Positions 11,850 through 26,108 of a DNA stretch of 64,000 bases are shown here, piece by piece. Below the pieces are notes generated by a model. The model was not told where the DNA came from. It made no database searches and saw nothing but the letters and a program-made list of their open reading frames with translations. The stretch lies in contig NC_087436.1 of NCBI RefSeq assembly GCF_036321535.1, forward strand, positions 48,176,001-48,240,000. Reading direction: 5' to 3'. This DNA is from Camelus dromedarius (taxonomy: Eukaryota). The position numbers were made by a program, and so were the translations under genes. Position 1 is the first letter of the stretch, and each line of letters starts with the position of its first letter.

Positions 11850-14800
11850 ATATATAACATACCATCCAAAAACACATTCTTTTCAAATGTACACAGAACA
11901 TTCTCCAGGACAGATCACATGCTAAGCCACAAAATAAGTCTCAGCAAATCTAAGAAAATGGAAATCATATCAAGCATCTTTTCTGACCATAATGCTACGA
12001 AACTAGAAATTGAATATAAGAAAAAAAAAAAACTACAAAAAACCCACAAACACTTGAAGGCTAAACAACGTGCTACTGATCAATGGGTCACTAAAGAAGT
12101 CAAAGAAAAAAAAAAAAAAAAACCTCAAAACTAGTGAAAATTGAAACACAACAACCCAAAATCTATGGGATGCAGCAAAAGCAGTTCTGAGAGGGATAGC
12201 AATAAAAGCAATAAAAGCCTAGCTTAGGAAACAAGAAAAATCCCAAATAAACAATCTAACCTTACACCTAAAGGAACTAGAAAAAAAGAAAAAATAAGAC
12301 AAAAAAACAAAACTCAAACTTAGTAGAATAAAGGAAATAATAAAGAGAGGAAATAAATGAAATAGCAATTAGAAAGACAAGAGGAAAGATCAGTGAATCT
12401 TAGAGTGGGTTCTTTGTAAAGATAAAATTGATAAACCTTTAGCCAGACTCAGAAAGAAAAAAGTGCGGGCCCAACTAAATAAAATAAGAAACAAAACAGA
12501 AGTTATAACTGAAACCACAGAAATACAAAAGATCATAAGAGATTTCCATGAACAATTATAAACCAACAAACTGAAGAACCTAGAAGACATGGATAAATTC
12601 TTAGAAAAATACACTTTTCCAACACTGAATCAGTGATTGAAGGAAGAAATAAAAAATCTGAACAGACTGTTCACTAGCAATGAAACTGAATCAGTAATCA
12701 AAAATTTCTTTCCCAAGAATCAAAAATGCAGGACCAGATGGCTCAGAGACAAACTCACAGACATAGAAAATGAACTTATGGTTACCAGAGAGAAAGGAGG
12801 TGGGGAGGAATAAACTGGGAGTTCTGGATTTGCAGATGCTAACTACTATATATAAAATAGATAAACAACAAGGTCCTACTATATAGCACAGGGAACTATA
12901 TTCAGTACTTTGTAATAGCCTATAATGAAAAAGAATATGAAAAGAAACATATATATATGTATAGATGACTCACTATGCTGTACAACATAAATTAACACAA
13001 CATTGTAAACTGACTGTACTTGAATTTAAAAAAAAAAGAGATAATACCTATCCTTCTCAAACTATTTCAACAATTGAAAAGGAAGAATCACTTCCAAACT
13101 CACTCTATGAGGCCAGTATTACCCTGATACCAAAACCAGATACTATAAAAAATAAAATAAAATTACAGGTCAATATCTCCGATGAATATAGATATAAAAA
13201 TCCTCAACAAAATATTAGCAAACCAAATTCAGCAATACATTAAAAGATCATACAACATGATCAAATGGGATTTATTTCAGGGATGTAAAGATGGTTCAAT
13301 ATTCACAAATTAATGTGATACATCACATAAACAAAACAAAGGATAAAAATCATGATCATCTATCTCAACAGCTACAGAAAAAGCATTTAACAAAATTCAA
13401 CATCAAATTATGATAAAAACTCTCAACTAAGTGGGTACAAAGGGAACATACCTCACTCTAATAAAGGCCATATGTGACATATCAACAGCTAACATAATAC
13501 CCAATGGTGAAAAGCTGAAAACTTTTCCTTTAGGATCAGGAACAAGACAAGGATGCCCACTATTGCTGACTTTATTCAACACAGTATTAGTTCTAGCCAC
13601 AGTAATCAGACAAGAAAGAGAAATAAAAGACATCCAAATTGGAAAGGGAGAAGTAAAACTGTCACTGTTTGCAGAGGACATGATACTATATATAGAAAAT
13701 CTTAAGTACACCACCAAAAATCTATTAGAACTAATAAATTAAATCAGTAAAATTACATGATATAAAGTCAATATACAGAAGTCTATTGTGTTTCTCTACA
13801 CTAATAACAAACTATAAGAGGAATTTTAAAAAACAATCCCATTTATGATTGTATCAAAAGGAATAAAACACCTAAAAATAAATTTAACCAAGAAGGTGAA
13901 AGACTTATGCTAGGTAAACTATAATATACTGATGAAAGAAACTGAAGATAACACAAATGAATAGAAACATATACCATACTCATAGTTTGGAAGAATTAAG
14001 ATTGTTAAAATGTCCATAGTACCCAGAGCAATCTACAGATTCAATGTAATCCCTACCAAAATATCCATAGCATTTTACACAGACTGGAACAAATAATTCT
14101 AAAATTTGTATGGAACCACAAAAGACCCCAAATAACCAAAACAATCTTAAGAAAGATGAACAAATCTGGACGTATCAAGCTTCCTGACTTCAAACTATAG
14201 TTCAAGCTACAGTAATCAAAACAGTATGATACTGGCACAAAAACAGACATATTAATCAATGGAACAGAACAGAAAGCCCAGAAATAAACCGTGCTTATAT
14301 GGCCAATTAATTTACAGTAAAGGACCCAAGAATAGACAATGGACAAAAGACAGTTTCTTCAATAAATGGTATTGAAAAAACTGGGTAGCTACATGCAAAA
14401 GAATCAAACTAGACCACTTTCTTATACCTTATACAAAAACAATCTCAAAATGAGTTAAAGACTTAAATTAAAGATCTGAAACCATGAAACACCTAGAATA
14501 TAACACTGGAAATATGCTCTTTGACATCAGTTTTAGCAGTATTATTTTGGATCTTTCCCCTCTGGCAAGGTTAACAAAACGAAAATAAAGAAATGAGACT
14601 ACATCAACTAAAAAGCTTTGCACAACGAAGAAAACCATTAACTAAACAAAAAGTCAACTTTTTAAATGGAAGATAATTGATATATCTGACAAGGAGTTAA
14701 TATCCAAAATACATAAAGAATTCACACAACTCAATATGAAAACAAACAGATTTAAAAATGGGCAGAAGACCTGAATAGACATTTTCCAAGGAGAGCCAAC

Positions 14801-15680
14801 AGACACATGAAAAGATACTCAACCTCACTAGTCATCAGAGAAACCAAATCAAAACCACAATGACATATCTTACAGCTTTCAGAATGGCTACTATTAAAAA
14901 GACAACAAATAACTATTGGTGAGAATGTAGAGAAAAGGGAATCCTAGTGCACTGTTGGTGGGAATTTAAATTGATGCAGCTATTATGGAAAACACTGTGG
15001 AGATTTCTCAAAAAAATCAAACACAGAACTACCATAAGATCCAGCAATTCCACTTCCGGGTATTTATGTGAAGAAAAAGAAAACACTAATTAGAAAAGAT
15101 AAATGCACCCTTATGTTAACTGCTGTATTATTTACAATAGCCAAGGTATGGAAGCAACCTAAGTACCCATCAGTAGATGAATGGATAGAGAAGATGTGTG
15201 GTAACAGAGACAATGACATAATACTCAGCCATAAAAAAGAATGAAAACTTGCCATTTATGACAATATGAATGGACCTATAGGTTATCATGTTAAGTGAAC
15301 TAAGTCACTGAGAAAGACAAATACTGTATGATTTCACTTACACATGAAATCTGAAAAACAAAACAAATGAACGAACAAAACAGAAATAGACTTAAAGACA
15401 TACAGAACAAACTGGTGATCACCAGAGGGGAGAGGAGCAGAAATTGGGCAAAAGAGGTAAAGGGGATTAAAAAAATGCCAAAGTCTAATTACATAATAAT
15501 TAAGTCATGGGGACGTAATGTACAGCATAGGTAACACAGCCATGTAACAACTTTGTATGGTGACAGATGGTTACTGTCAATGACCAATTCGTAGTATATA
15601 AGTGTCAAAGCACTATGTTGTATACCTGAAACTAGTATAATATTATATGTTAAAACTATACTTCAATTACAAATAAAAAG
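11850..15680 (+). mobile_element. 5'-truncated L1: ORF2 (end of endonuclease through RT and C-terminus) plus 3' UTR, dead
   Basis: ORF-track peptides LPNSLYEASITLIPKP and GTRQGCPL...[16 protein letters not shown] (RT FADD motif); 3' UTR ends tatacctgaaact...actatacttcaatt plus A tract; many stops and frameshifts. Confidence 0.95.
12744..13037 (+). mobile_element. Younger cetartiodactyl/camelid L1 3' end nested inside the older L1 ORF2
   Basis: actcacagacatagaaaatgaacttatggttacc...acaaggtcctactatatagcacagggaactatattca...acattgtaaactgact plus A10; homologous to 63057-63450. Confidence 0.9.
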
Positions 15681-15699
15681 GGAAAAATATGTTAGAAGA

Positions 15700-15915
15700 T
15701 AAATCAATTGGTTGATTGCAAGGGGTAGGAAGACAGAAAGTCAAGGATAATTCCCAGTTTTCATCCAAAGGAACTGAGTACAAGATTATGCCACCAAAGA
15801 ATACTGGAGGAGCTAGATTAAAATGAGAGGTTGTGGGTTCAACACTGGATTTTTTTTTCCTTTTAATCTGAAGTGCTTCTGACACACTCATATGAGATTG
15901 TTGTCCACAGTCAGA
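15700..15915 (-). mobile_element. L2 fragment
   Basis: agtcaaggataattcccagttttc...gaactgagt...gtgggttcaac-like degenerate L2 motifs. Confidence 0.5.
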
Positions 15916-16176
15916 TGAGGCTATAGCTCAGAGGTATGTCTATCTTAAGTCTTCTCTGTTACCCTGACCAGGTGAAAGCTCTCCACACATTACAGATTCC
16001 CTATAATGCTCATAAGAGATGTTAGTATATTTCTTATGACACAAACGTAACTGCCTTATAATTTAGTTCTTGCATGCTTTTAACTATATGTGCCCTATAC
16101 TGGCAGCCCCTTTGACAGAAGAAATGTGTCTCATATTGTACCTAAGATAGCCTAGCCAGTATCCTATACATAGAAG

Positions 16177-16318
16177 ATATATATATATATATATGGCATA
16201 AAGGTAGATTTATTTAGAGAGATACCTACTGCCTGGAGTGTAGGCTGTTTAAAAAGGCAAGAGAAAGGCCACGAGGGGTAGGGGTTGGGTGCTCAGGTTA
16301 AAGTAAAAGTAGGTACAT
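16177..16318 (-). mobile_element. Short lineage-specific (probably LTR-derived) insertion with (TA)n tail, splitting an L2 3' end
   Basis: Flanks acatagaag|...|gtgctcaatg...tgaatgagtgaataaatgaat rejoin into an L2 tail; insert has minus-strand AATAAA (16209-16214) 14 nt before the (TA)n tract. Confidence 0.55.
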
Positions 16319-18339
16319 GGGTGCTCAATGTTTACTGAATGAGTGAATAAATGAATAAAATATTTACTGAGTTGATGTTAATTATGAAATAATAAGTATG
16401 CAAGTTGCACAAGTTTTGCTAATTACATCTACATTTAAAATATATATACTGTTTTATAAGGTTATTTGACTCTTTTAATGTGTTAGCATATCCTAAAAAT
16501 GTTAATAATAGCTGCCATTTCCCTCCTTTTTCCTTAAATTCCTGTTAGCATAGCCAGAAGGCTCACAAGAAGAGAATACAGCCGGTCAATAAACAATCTT
16601 CATTACTGGAAAAGACTATTTACTTTTTCATGAATTTGTATGCCCCTGTCTCTTGGCATCATCCCTAGCAGTGCTATTTCTTTGTTAGAATGATAATATC
16701 CCTACATTCATTCTCTGGGGAAGTAAAGTAATAATATCAAAAGCTATGTTAAAAAAGTTTAAGACACTCTGTATATGCTATTTCCTAGATACCTGGAGTG
16801 GAGCTTTAAAAATGATATAAATAAATAAATAAATGTAGGGAGACATTTTAGTTATTATTATCAAATAACCAAACTTTGTTTAATTTAAACTATTGCTGAA
16901 GTCCCGAGGAAAAAAGGTGTCTGTCTTGCAATGTGGACTTTACAGACCACCCCTTAAAGAGAAATAAACAAATAAGATTGAGATTTAATTTGAGGATCTA
17001 GCTAATTGATCACAGATGTAGGTAAACTACTAATTGCAGCCATGAGCATGATGCCATTTTAGTAACTTGTTGGTTCAGCTAGTAGTTTTCTGGCTATTGT
17101 TAAGCTTTTTTTTTTTTCTTTTTAGTTCATTATTTAATGCCTACTACTGAACCCATGGTTTCAATGAAGTTTGATTTATTTTTAAATGACAATCCATCAC
17201 CATGTGTGCTTCTCTTAAAGATTTAGGTCACCCAAAGTACATTTTTTGGAAAAGCAAGAGGAAGGAAAGCACAAGCTTCAGTTGATTGCCTGCTTTGAGG
17301 TGGGTTGATACAGGACAGATTTTTACTGACCTGACACTACTGCAGCTCCTTTTCCCCAAAATATTCCCACCAAACCATGAGTACAATGGAAATGGAAGTG
17401 AACTGCAAATATGTGATTTTACTTCCTTACATATCTATTGCTATTTTTCAAGAAAGAAGCTTAAATTGTCCATGTTCCTCTCTGGAATGCACACTCCCTC
17501 TATGAACATTGGATTGCTCCAACTGTAACTTCCAACAAGAGTTTCATCTCTTCAGGGACTCCTCCATAACTTCCAGACTCCTTCGGCCCACTGTGATTTC
17601 CCTTCTTTTTGTACATATATATCTAATGAAACATTCATTGCACACATACTCTATCAGGTACTATGCAAGTAACACCAAACTCAGGCTCATTAAGTTCTAA
17701 GAGGAGCAGGAAGGCAGAAAAGCAAACTGAGAAATAAATACAGTAACCTAAGTATCATGAAAAAATTTCTATTTGTTGTGTGTGTAGGTGAAGGTAAGAG
17801 GAGAATTACTTAAGTTCTTTAAGAGGTAACAGATGAATTGAGTTAAGGGTTAAAAATTTTCTCCTCAATAAGGTTATCACTACAATTATTAGTATACAAT
17901 TGCTTAAATAATATAAATACATAAAATTTTGTTAATTATTAAAATAATGTTTTGTTAGATATAGATCTCTTACATTTTTTTTCCAGTAAGTTTATATATC
18001 TATACGTGAATATTAAATTTTGCTAGAACAAGACATAGATCAACATCAATTCTGTTCCTATTTTTCATTTTTATACAAATAAGATAACACATAGTCTGTT
18101 AAATAGGCAGATGGGAATAGAAAGAGCTTCGTAACACTAGTATCATTCAAATCTTTGAACTCCTTCTGGGCATCTGAGTCATATGCCCAAATCACATAGT
18201 GATCTACATAAAAAATAAATTTTAACATGCTATCAGCTGACAATTCAAGCATTCTCTCAAATGTGTTCAAAGCAAAGAATGGGGAAACAAGTGATTTTAG
18301 AAAAGGTATTTAGAATAGTTTATGTCCAGTCAGTACATT

Positions 18340-18800
18340 GCCGGGAAATCATGCTTTGTGAATATTTTCATATTTCTGCACAGAAAGGTCTTTCTGAAAA
18401 ACACTACCCTACTAGCAACCTGGATTAAGAATGACTGTATGGCAAAAAAGCCTTGAAAGTTAAGAGATCTCCAGAGAGATTTAGTGACATCTCTCCTGGA
18501 GAATTTGTTTACATTTTAGGGGTTGTAAACTTAGAGAACACCACTCTCTCCAGAGAGGATGTGCTTACATTCTAGAACAAAGGTCTCCATCTCCAGAGGG
18601 GAGGAGGGCCAACAGAGGTTTCTAGATTTACAGCGTCAAGGTCTCTCTCCTGTGGTATAAACTCTACCATGTGCTCAGGAGACATCTGCAATCATCAAGT
18701 CTCTTGATGGGGCACTGTAGCAAAAGAAACTGATGCAAGAATTTTCCATAGTAATGAAAAGTCTGCCTCTGATCCAGAGGTCTTGTGATGCTGTGTGTGT
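18340..18800 (+). mobile_element. Degenerate ERV LTR (ERVL/ERV1-type, subfamily uncertain)
   Basis: Internal repeat atttgtttacatt/gtgcttacattc, ctccagaggggaggag, and terminal gtaatgaaaagtctgcctctgatccagaggtcttgtg typical of old LTR R/U5. Confidence 0.55.
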
Positions 18801-19504
18801 ATGTGTACAAGCAAATGCTCACAAAGATAGAGATATCACAGTTTCAGACTCAATGCAGATTAATTCACTTTCTCAAGTCCAGTATTTCCACCTGTTCCTG
18901 TTTTGAATCTCTATAGGTTTGACACAGAAAGGTATTGTAAGGATAAATGCTCCTTTCTTTTGTAAGAAAAAAAGGGGGCTATGGTAAAAGTAGAGGTGGG
19001 AAAGTAATACCTAAAACTATTACAGGCAGATCAATTTTAACAAGACAGCATACCCTTTGGACATATTAAACATAGGACAATTAAACTAAAGCTAATGAAA
19101 ATAAACAAACTGCAAAGAAATAATTCTATTTTTACCAACTTAAATTTTCTATTTTCAGAATCACATATGTCTATGGTTAAACTACTAAGTTTCTTAATTA
19201 CCAGTAAGAAAAGTAAAGATATAATAATTAGGATTTTAGAGGGAAAAGGGATAGATACAGTTATGGAAGGCTAAACAGGAGGCTTCAAATATAATGTTTT
19301 ATTTCCTAAATATCTTATTATTTCCTGTAAACTACAGGATATTACTTTATACTTTGGTGTATGAAACATTTTATAATAAATTTTAACTTACTCATTTTTA
19401 AAAATTAACTGTAGATGTCACAGCTGATGATGACTGAAAGGAACTAAGTGATACCACAAGTGCCCCTACTTACACAAGGCACAGCAAAAAAGAATATTCT
19501 GCTT

Positions 19505-19945
19505 ATGCATCCATTCACTCTATAAATATTTATTGAGCACCTATAATGTGCCATTGTTCTAAATGCTTGTGAAACTGTTGATGAAACAGGATGCAATGAA
19601 GGAGAGCAACTAACAGGTTATTGCAATAACTTAGGTGGAAGATGATGGTGGCTTTGACAAGGGTGGGGGTAGTGGAGATAAGTCATTTGACACTAGTTAT
19701 ATTTTAAACGTAGAACAAACAGGATTTCCTGATATTTTAGAAGGAATGTATAAAAGAAAAAATATTTAATATAACTCCCAGGTTATGACACAAGCAACAG
19801 GAAAGATGAAGTTTCCATACACTGAAAGAATTTAGAATGTAGATGAAGCAGTTTTGATTGGAAAGAAAATTTGATATCTCCATCAGATACCCAAGTGACA
19901 TCGGATGCATAGGACTGGACTTCAAAAAAGAACTATTTAAACACC
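19505..19945 (-). mobile_element. L2 fragments
   Basis: cattcactctataaatatttattgagcacctataatgtgcc; gaagatgatggtggctttgac...gtagtggagat; gaacaaacaggatttcctgat. Confidence 0.75.
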
Positions 19946-21719
19946 AGATGTGCAGCTTACCAAGTCTGTCAACTAAAAGCATCTTATTCTTGCTTGTAAT
20001 TTTCATTTGAGTATATTTCTTATTGAGATAACAATACCAAAATTCAGGTTTTTTGACTCAGAACTATATACACACACACACACAAAAGGATGTTTTTAGT
20101 GTACCAGTATACCATTTTCTAAATATTTAACTTCAGCATAAATACGTAAGTGTGTGTATGTGTTTAATAAACTACAGTGCTAATATGATTTTGGCACTGA
20201 TTTCAAAATTCCTCACTGGGAAATGTTGAAACATTAGCCAGTAAATAGCTAAGGAAAATGTCTCTGTCACCTTCCAGTTTTGTATTGTCTTTCCACAAAC
20301 CTCTTTATGACCCATGACATTCTGGGCTGAAATAGATATTTGTTTCTATCATGATTTTAAAAATCAATTACAAAGCTCTTTTGATCTCTCTGTAAGTACT
20401 CAGAAGTAAGGCTTTAAGTAGAGAGCCAATTAGTTCTCTGGGTTTAATTATGTCCGTTCTTAACTATGGGTCCTTTGGTTAGTTCTGTCCCCCATACCAA
20501 GCCTTCTGTACAATAGCAGTTGCAACTTTGTCTCTCAGCTTTGAGTGCTAGCTCATGTACACTCAAGATATCTTAGCTCTGCCTCTGAATTGTGCAGCTA
20601 TAATGAGACACATTTTATAGGTATTCTGTTTGTTCTTGTTGTTGTTAAAATAGTAGATTCCACTTGGCTCAAATACTAATTGAAAAATGTCTCCAGCTTT
20701 GTGGAAAAGTCACGACCTCTATGTTACTTCATGAATAACATTAGAAAAGATGCCCTTGGCTCTAGAACTCAGAATTTTACTACTTGATTATATTATACTT
20801 TATTTTATAAAAACTGAAACAATTTCGTGAGGCTACTTCAAGTCTAAGGTATGATTGTCACTTTTGCACATGCATGTATTTGTTGATGAATTGACACATG
20901 TAAGAATCACTGTTATCAGGATATGCAAAATTAGAATACCTACTATATGAAAAATATAAATTCTAACAGGGTGAAACTATAGTATCCACTTTGACTTTTT
21001 ATTCTCTTATCTGTAGGGAACTTGTATAGACAGTCAAATTTCTACTAGAATATTGCTTAATAGGTAGAGTAATAGTGTTTTGAGTAGGTAATTGTCTTTA
21101 ATACCTATAGTTACCAAATTACATATCTGAGAAACAAATGAGAATTAGGGAAACCTCCTTCTAGATTATACTTTGCTGCTGAAAAATTTAAAATTTTTGG
21201 CTCTCCCTTTTCTGGGACTCACAGAGACCAGCACTCATGTTAGCATGTATTATTACCTCAGATGTGAAAACATTACTCTTTCTTGATATCAATTATATTG
21301 AAATAATATCCACTCATTGAATACATTTCTTAATATTCACTCTGTATCCTATACTACATTAAGGATGAGATGTGAAAATGAAAAAAGAAAACCATGGCTA
21401 AAAAGTATACAACTAAAATAGAAGGAAAACTTATTAAATAGTTTTATTTCATTGTGATGCAAGGTATTTTCAGATTTATGCACAAAGATTGGGGTTTTTG
21501 AGGTTTTGGGCAATGAGTTCTTTTTTTAATTGAAATACACTTGATTTCCAATGTTGTGCAAAGATCGGTGATATTAATGAGATATCCATAATTTTATTCC
21601 AAGAATGTTTCAAAGATGCAGTGATACTTTAACTGCATATTGAAGAAAGAACAAAAATATATCAAGCAGACAAGTGGTAGAAGAGTATGCCTAGGAAAAA
21701 GTATGTAAGTTCACATACT

Positions 21720-24700
21720 CAATTATATCAAGGAATTTGGTCCTGCTACAACACAAGGCAAAAGAAGGGAAGGGTCAAGAGATGAAGGTAAAACAGAGGA
21801 AGGGATTTCTTCTTTCTCCAGTATGAAGATATATGCCTGGGATACAAAGAAGGACTTTCCCAGTCCAGTAAAGATAAATTTAACACACACATTTTAAAAG
21901 CATTACAATGCTCACAAAACAAGGAAATCTCAGAAATAAAATAAATAACTGAGAATAGTGAACTGAATCTTGAAAAATAAGAATCAACAAGCACATAAAA
22001 AAGCTAGGCTTGCCCTAAAACTAGTACCCAGAGCCTATGACAATGTGTAAGAGTTAAATATGACATTCCTGAATTAGGAGAGCTAGTTGAAGGGTACTGA
22101 AGTCCCAGGTTCACAGTACCACTAGGATCTCAGAAAAAGCAAGAAATTAAAGTAAATCTTCTACAGAGAAAATTAATATGGATTTAGGACTCCAGGATTT
22201 CCACTAAGTAAAATTACCAAGGAAATAAGTCATCATAAGTGAAAGTCAAGAGATTGGCTAGATATTGCTAGATATCTTTAAAAGACATGTTTGAAATACT
22301 TAAATATAAGATAAAACTTAAAAGTCAAAAACAAATGACTATAAGATGACGTGAAATATTTGATAATGAATGAATTCGAATAACTCTGAGAAATAAGATA
22401 TATAATAGTTAAAATTTAAAATATATTCACTGAATTGACTAACAGTGGATGAGACAGACAAGAAAAAGGTCAAGTGAAAAAAAATTTGAAGAAATTATCC
22501 AAAATGAGTCAGAGAGTCAAAAGGATTAATAATATTAAAGAGCATTTAAGAAAAATGTAAGATAGAATGAGAAAGTTTAACATACATTTAATCAGAGTGA
22601 CAATAAGAAAACAGAGGGAATAGAGAAGATGTAATTCTGTGGTACTGTAGAACTTTTGAGGATTGATTAAAAAAAATGACTCTGCATGTGTAAAAATTCA
22701 TAACATGTAACAAGAAGGATAGATAAAAATAAATCTGTATCTAGATAAATCTTTAAAAAATTTAATGAAATGAAACTTTTCTTTAAAAAAACAAACTATC
22801 AAAACTGAAACAATTTCTGGCTATGGAGAAGCAACATGAAACAGATTTACTCCCCATGACAGCAAATAACTAGAAAGCAGGAGAAATATATGAAATGACT
22901 GTTTTTAGACATTTAATAACCAAAAGGGCAAGACTGTGATCACTGACAGAAGTAAATAAGTTAAGATGAGCCTTACAACTGTCTCAGATTTCTGCTTGGA
23001 GTCACATTCCAAAATATTGTGTACAGAGAGAAATTCCAAGTAGAGCCCAGAAATCTCACTGAATTTTTCTATCTGAGAGGAAACCTGAAGAAGTTGGCAT
23101 TATGGGAGAAAGTTTCAGCAAGGAGTTTCAGGCTGAAAAAGATGCTTTAGAAATAAAGTATCTTCTTCTGACATTTCACTGAACACTAAGCTACTGCAGT
23201 ATATGACGAAATTCTATGAGATTGATCAAAGAAAAATTGAGAAGTGGTAAGCAACCAATTCCAAGAGCTTTTATAGGGCTGGGAGATAGTCAAACTCTGA
23301 CCAGTGAAAAGTGGAGATCCATCATTGGTCACTAATAGCATTCAGTAGAAATCCCAGAAAGAATATACCTTAGCACAAAGGATAAACTATTACTGGAGTA
23401 TTATAAGCCTGCTCTGAAAAATGTTAAAAATAAACCTCAAAGAGTTTTAGCCAATCTATAAGTAACTTTATTATTTGCATCTAATAAGCCAGAATAAAAT
23501 GCAGACATTCAACAATGTAACATTCACAATGTCCCACACAATGAAAAAATAACAAGATATACCAATAAACATGTCAGGAGAAAAATCAGAAAATAGAAAC
23601 ATTCTCTTAATAAGGATCATAAAACAGCCATTAAAAATATGTTCCATATGCTTGATAATTTAAAGAAAAAAAGAAAATTCAGACATAAGAGACATGGAAG
23701 ATATGGAAAATAATTAAAAGGAATTTCTAGCGATGAAAAATAAAACAAGTGAAATAAAAAATTTACTGCATGGAATAAGAGCTTAGATACTTTAGAAGAA
23801 AAGATCAGTTACCTTGGACCATAGCAAAAGAAAATATGGTACTGAGTAACAGAGAATTAAAAAGACTAAAAATAAAATAAAAAGATCCTCAGTGATCTAT
23901 GGGGCAATGTTAACAGGCTTACTATATGTGTAATTATAATTACACAGTGTGTGTGTGGGGGGGGTGAAGGACAAAAAAAATTTGAAAAAACATGCTGAAA
24001 AATTTTTCACAGAAGATAAACTCTAATCTCACTAAACCAAGAAACTAAATGAAATCAATACAAGATAAACACAACAAAAATCACACTAAGACACATCATT
24101 ATCAAATTATGAAAAATCAGCAATAAAGAGAAAAAAAATTAAAGTGCTAGAGGGAAAAACACCTACATGTGACAGTTAATATATGTATCAACTTGACTGA
24201 GCTAAGGGATGCTCAGATGGCTGATAAAACATTATTTCTGGGTGTGTCTGGGAGGGTGTTTCCAGAAGAGTTTTGCATTTGAATCAGTGGACTGAATAAA
24301 GATCACCATGACCTAGGTGGGTGGGCATTATATAACTCGCTGAGGGTCTGAATGGAACAAAAAGGTGGAGGAAGGGAGAATTTGCTCTCTAGTTTGAGCT
24401 GGGACATGTGATTTCTTCTATCCTTGTACATAGGTCCTCCTGGTTCTAGGATCCTTGGACTCAAATTAGGACATATACTATTAGCTCCCCTAGTTCTCAG
24501 GCCTTCAGATTTGTACTGGAACTACACCACCTGCTTCCCTAGGCTTACAGTCTAAAGACAACAAATTGTGGTACTTTGTGTCCTCCATAATCATGTGAGC
24601 CAATTCCCACAACAAATTGCCTCATCTATTTATCTACCTACCTACCTATCTGCCTGCCTATATATCTATCCATCTGTTTACCTATTTATCTATCTAATCT

Positions 24701-25620
24701 ATAGATTCTGTTTCTCTGTAGAACCCTTACACATTACAGAAACAAAGATAATAATGATCACAGATTTCTCATCATAAAATATTCAATCCAGATATTTAAT
24801 CCAGATAAAATGGAACAACATCTTTAAACTACCAAAAGAAGCAGCTTTCATATCCAGAGAAAATACCCTTAAAAATAAAGGCAAAAGACAAAGAAAACTT
24901 TTCCTTATGGTAAACAAAAACAGAAAGAATTTGTTACCAGCAGCTTTGCACTATAAGAAATGTTACATAAAAATGTTAGAAGTAAAATTACAACAAATGG
25001 AAATTTGGAACTCTAATAAAGAATAATACTGAAAACAGTAAATATAAAAGATGTTTTCTCATTTAAAATTTTGTTTTAAATTATAGTTGACTGAAGTAAA
25101 AGAATAGTAACAATAATAATACATTATCATTATAGGGGATATGGCAAATATAGAATAAAATGTATGACAACAAGAGCACCTAGAATGAGAGGAGGTAATG
25201 GAAGTATACCATTGTAAAAAGTGACATAATATTGAAGGACAGACTGTAATAAGGTAAAGATAAAATTTGAAAAGCAGAACAACTATGAAAAAAAGGAAAT
25301 AAATCAATATCGGAATTAAAGACACACATTAAAACTTCCAAAGAAGGAAATAAAGTGGTAATAGGAAAAAAGAACAGATAGGATAAATAGAAAACAAACA
25401 GCAAGATGGTAGATTTAAAGCAGACCAAATTGACAATTACATTAAATGTAAATGGTCTAAATATTCCAATTAAAAGACAAATATTGTTAGAATACAAAAA
25501 GTAAGACCAGCAATAAGCTAAACATCTAAACCTATTTTAAATATAAAAATCTGAATAGGCTAAAAGCAAGTTGATGAAAATAGATATTATGTAAACACTA
25601 ATCATAAGTAAGAACTACAT
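21720..25620 (+). mobile_element. Ancient L1 (5' region, ORF1, inter-ORF, start of ORF2), composite of L1MC/ME-like pieces
   Basis: ORF1-like ttagatactttagaagaaaagatcagt, gaatttgttaccagcag; ORF2 start caattacattaaatgtaaatggtctaaatattccaattaaaagaca (TLNVNGLN motif). Confidence 0.8.
24168..24733 (+). mobile_element. MLT2-family solo LTR inserted in L1 ORF1
   Basis: tgtgacagttaat...tcaacttgactg...aacattatttctgggtgtgtctg...ttctgtttctctgtagaaccct; internal (TATC)-like tract; near-TSD CTACA/TTACA. Confidence 0.9.
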
Positions 25621-26108
25621 TAAGGAGTTTAAATTTTATTTTATACGACACATCTCTAAAATTGGGTGTGAAAGATGACTCTCCTTGTCATATGTATAAA
25701 GAATTTATTACAAATTATATTTTTATTTATTTTATTTTAAAATGGGAAAGAAGTTCAGATTTAATTATAATAAATATGGACCAATAGATCCCTAACTCAT
25801 ACTATGTGAGGTAATCAGAGTATTTCCTATGGAATACAAGGTATACAGGAAGAAAGTTCTCAGAGAAGTCTATGTGTATGCTTTTTGAGTATTTCAAAAT
25901 AATGTACTGTTGCTGTGCTGAATTAACTGTATTATGAATTAAATTTCTAAGTTTATCAACATAAACTATATTTTGAATGAAATTAACACAACACAGATCA
26001 ATGGTTTAAAAAGAAACACTTTAAATATAATGCTAATAATGCAAATATAGCAATGAAACCATGGTAGAGCTGACATTTCATCAGCCATGTTATAAGGTTA
26101 AAAATGAT

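Noticed and set aside
13431..13742. Reverse transcriptase-like ORF (also 30644-31173)
   Set aside because: Fragments of decayed L1 ORF2 surrounded by stops and frameshifts; not a novel RT system
18058..18270. Minus-strand ORF with a possible acceptor (DHYVIWAYDSDAQKEF...)
   Set aside because: No recognisable homology, no matching donor and a mediocre acceptor; insufficient support
7424..24733. Two MLT2 LTRs as ends of one provirus
   Set aside because: Opposite orientations, each with its own near-TSD, and no ERVL internal sequence between them
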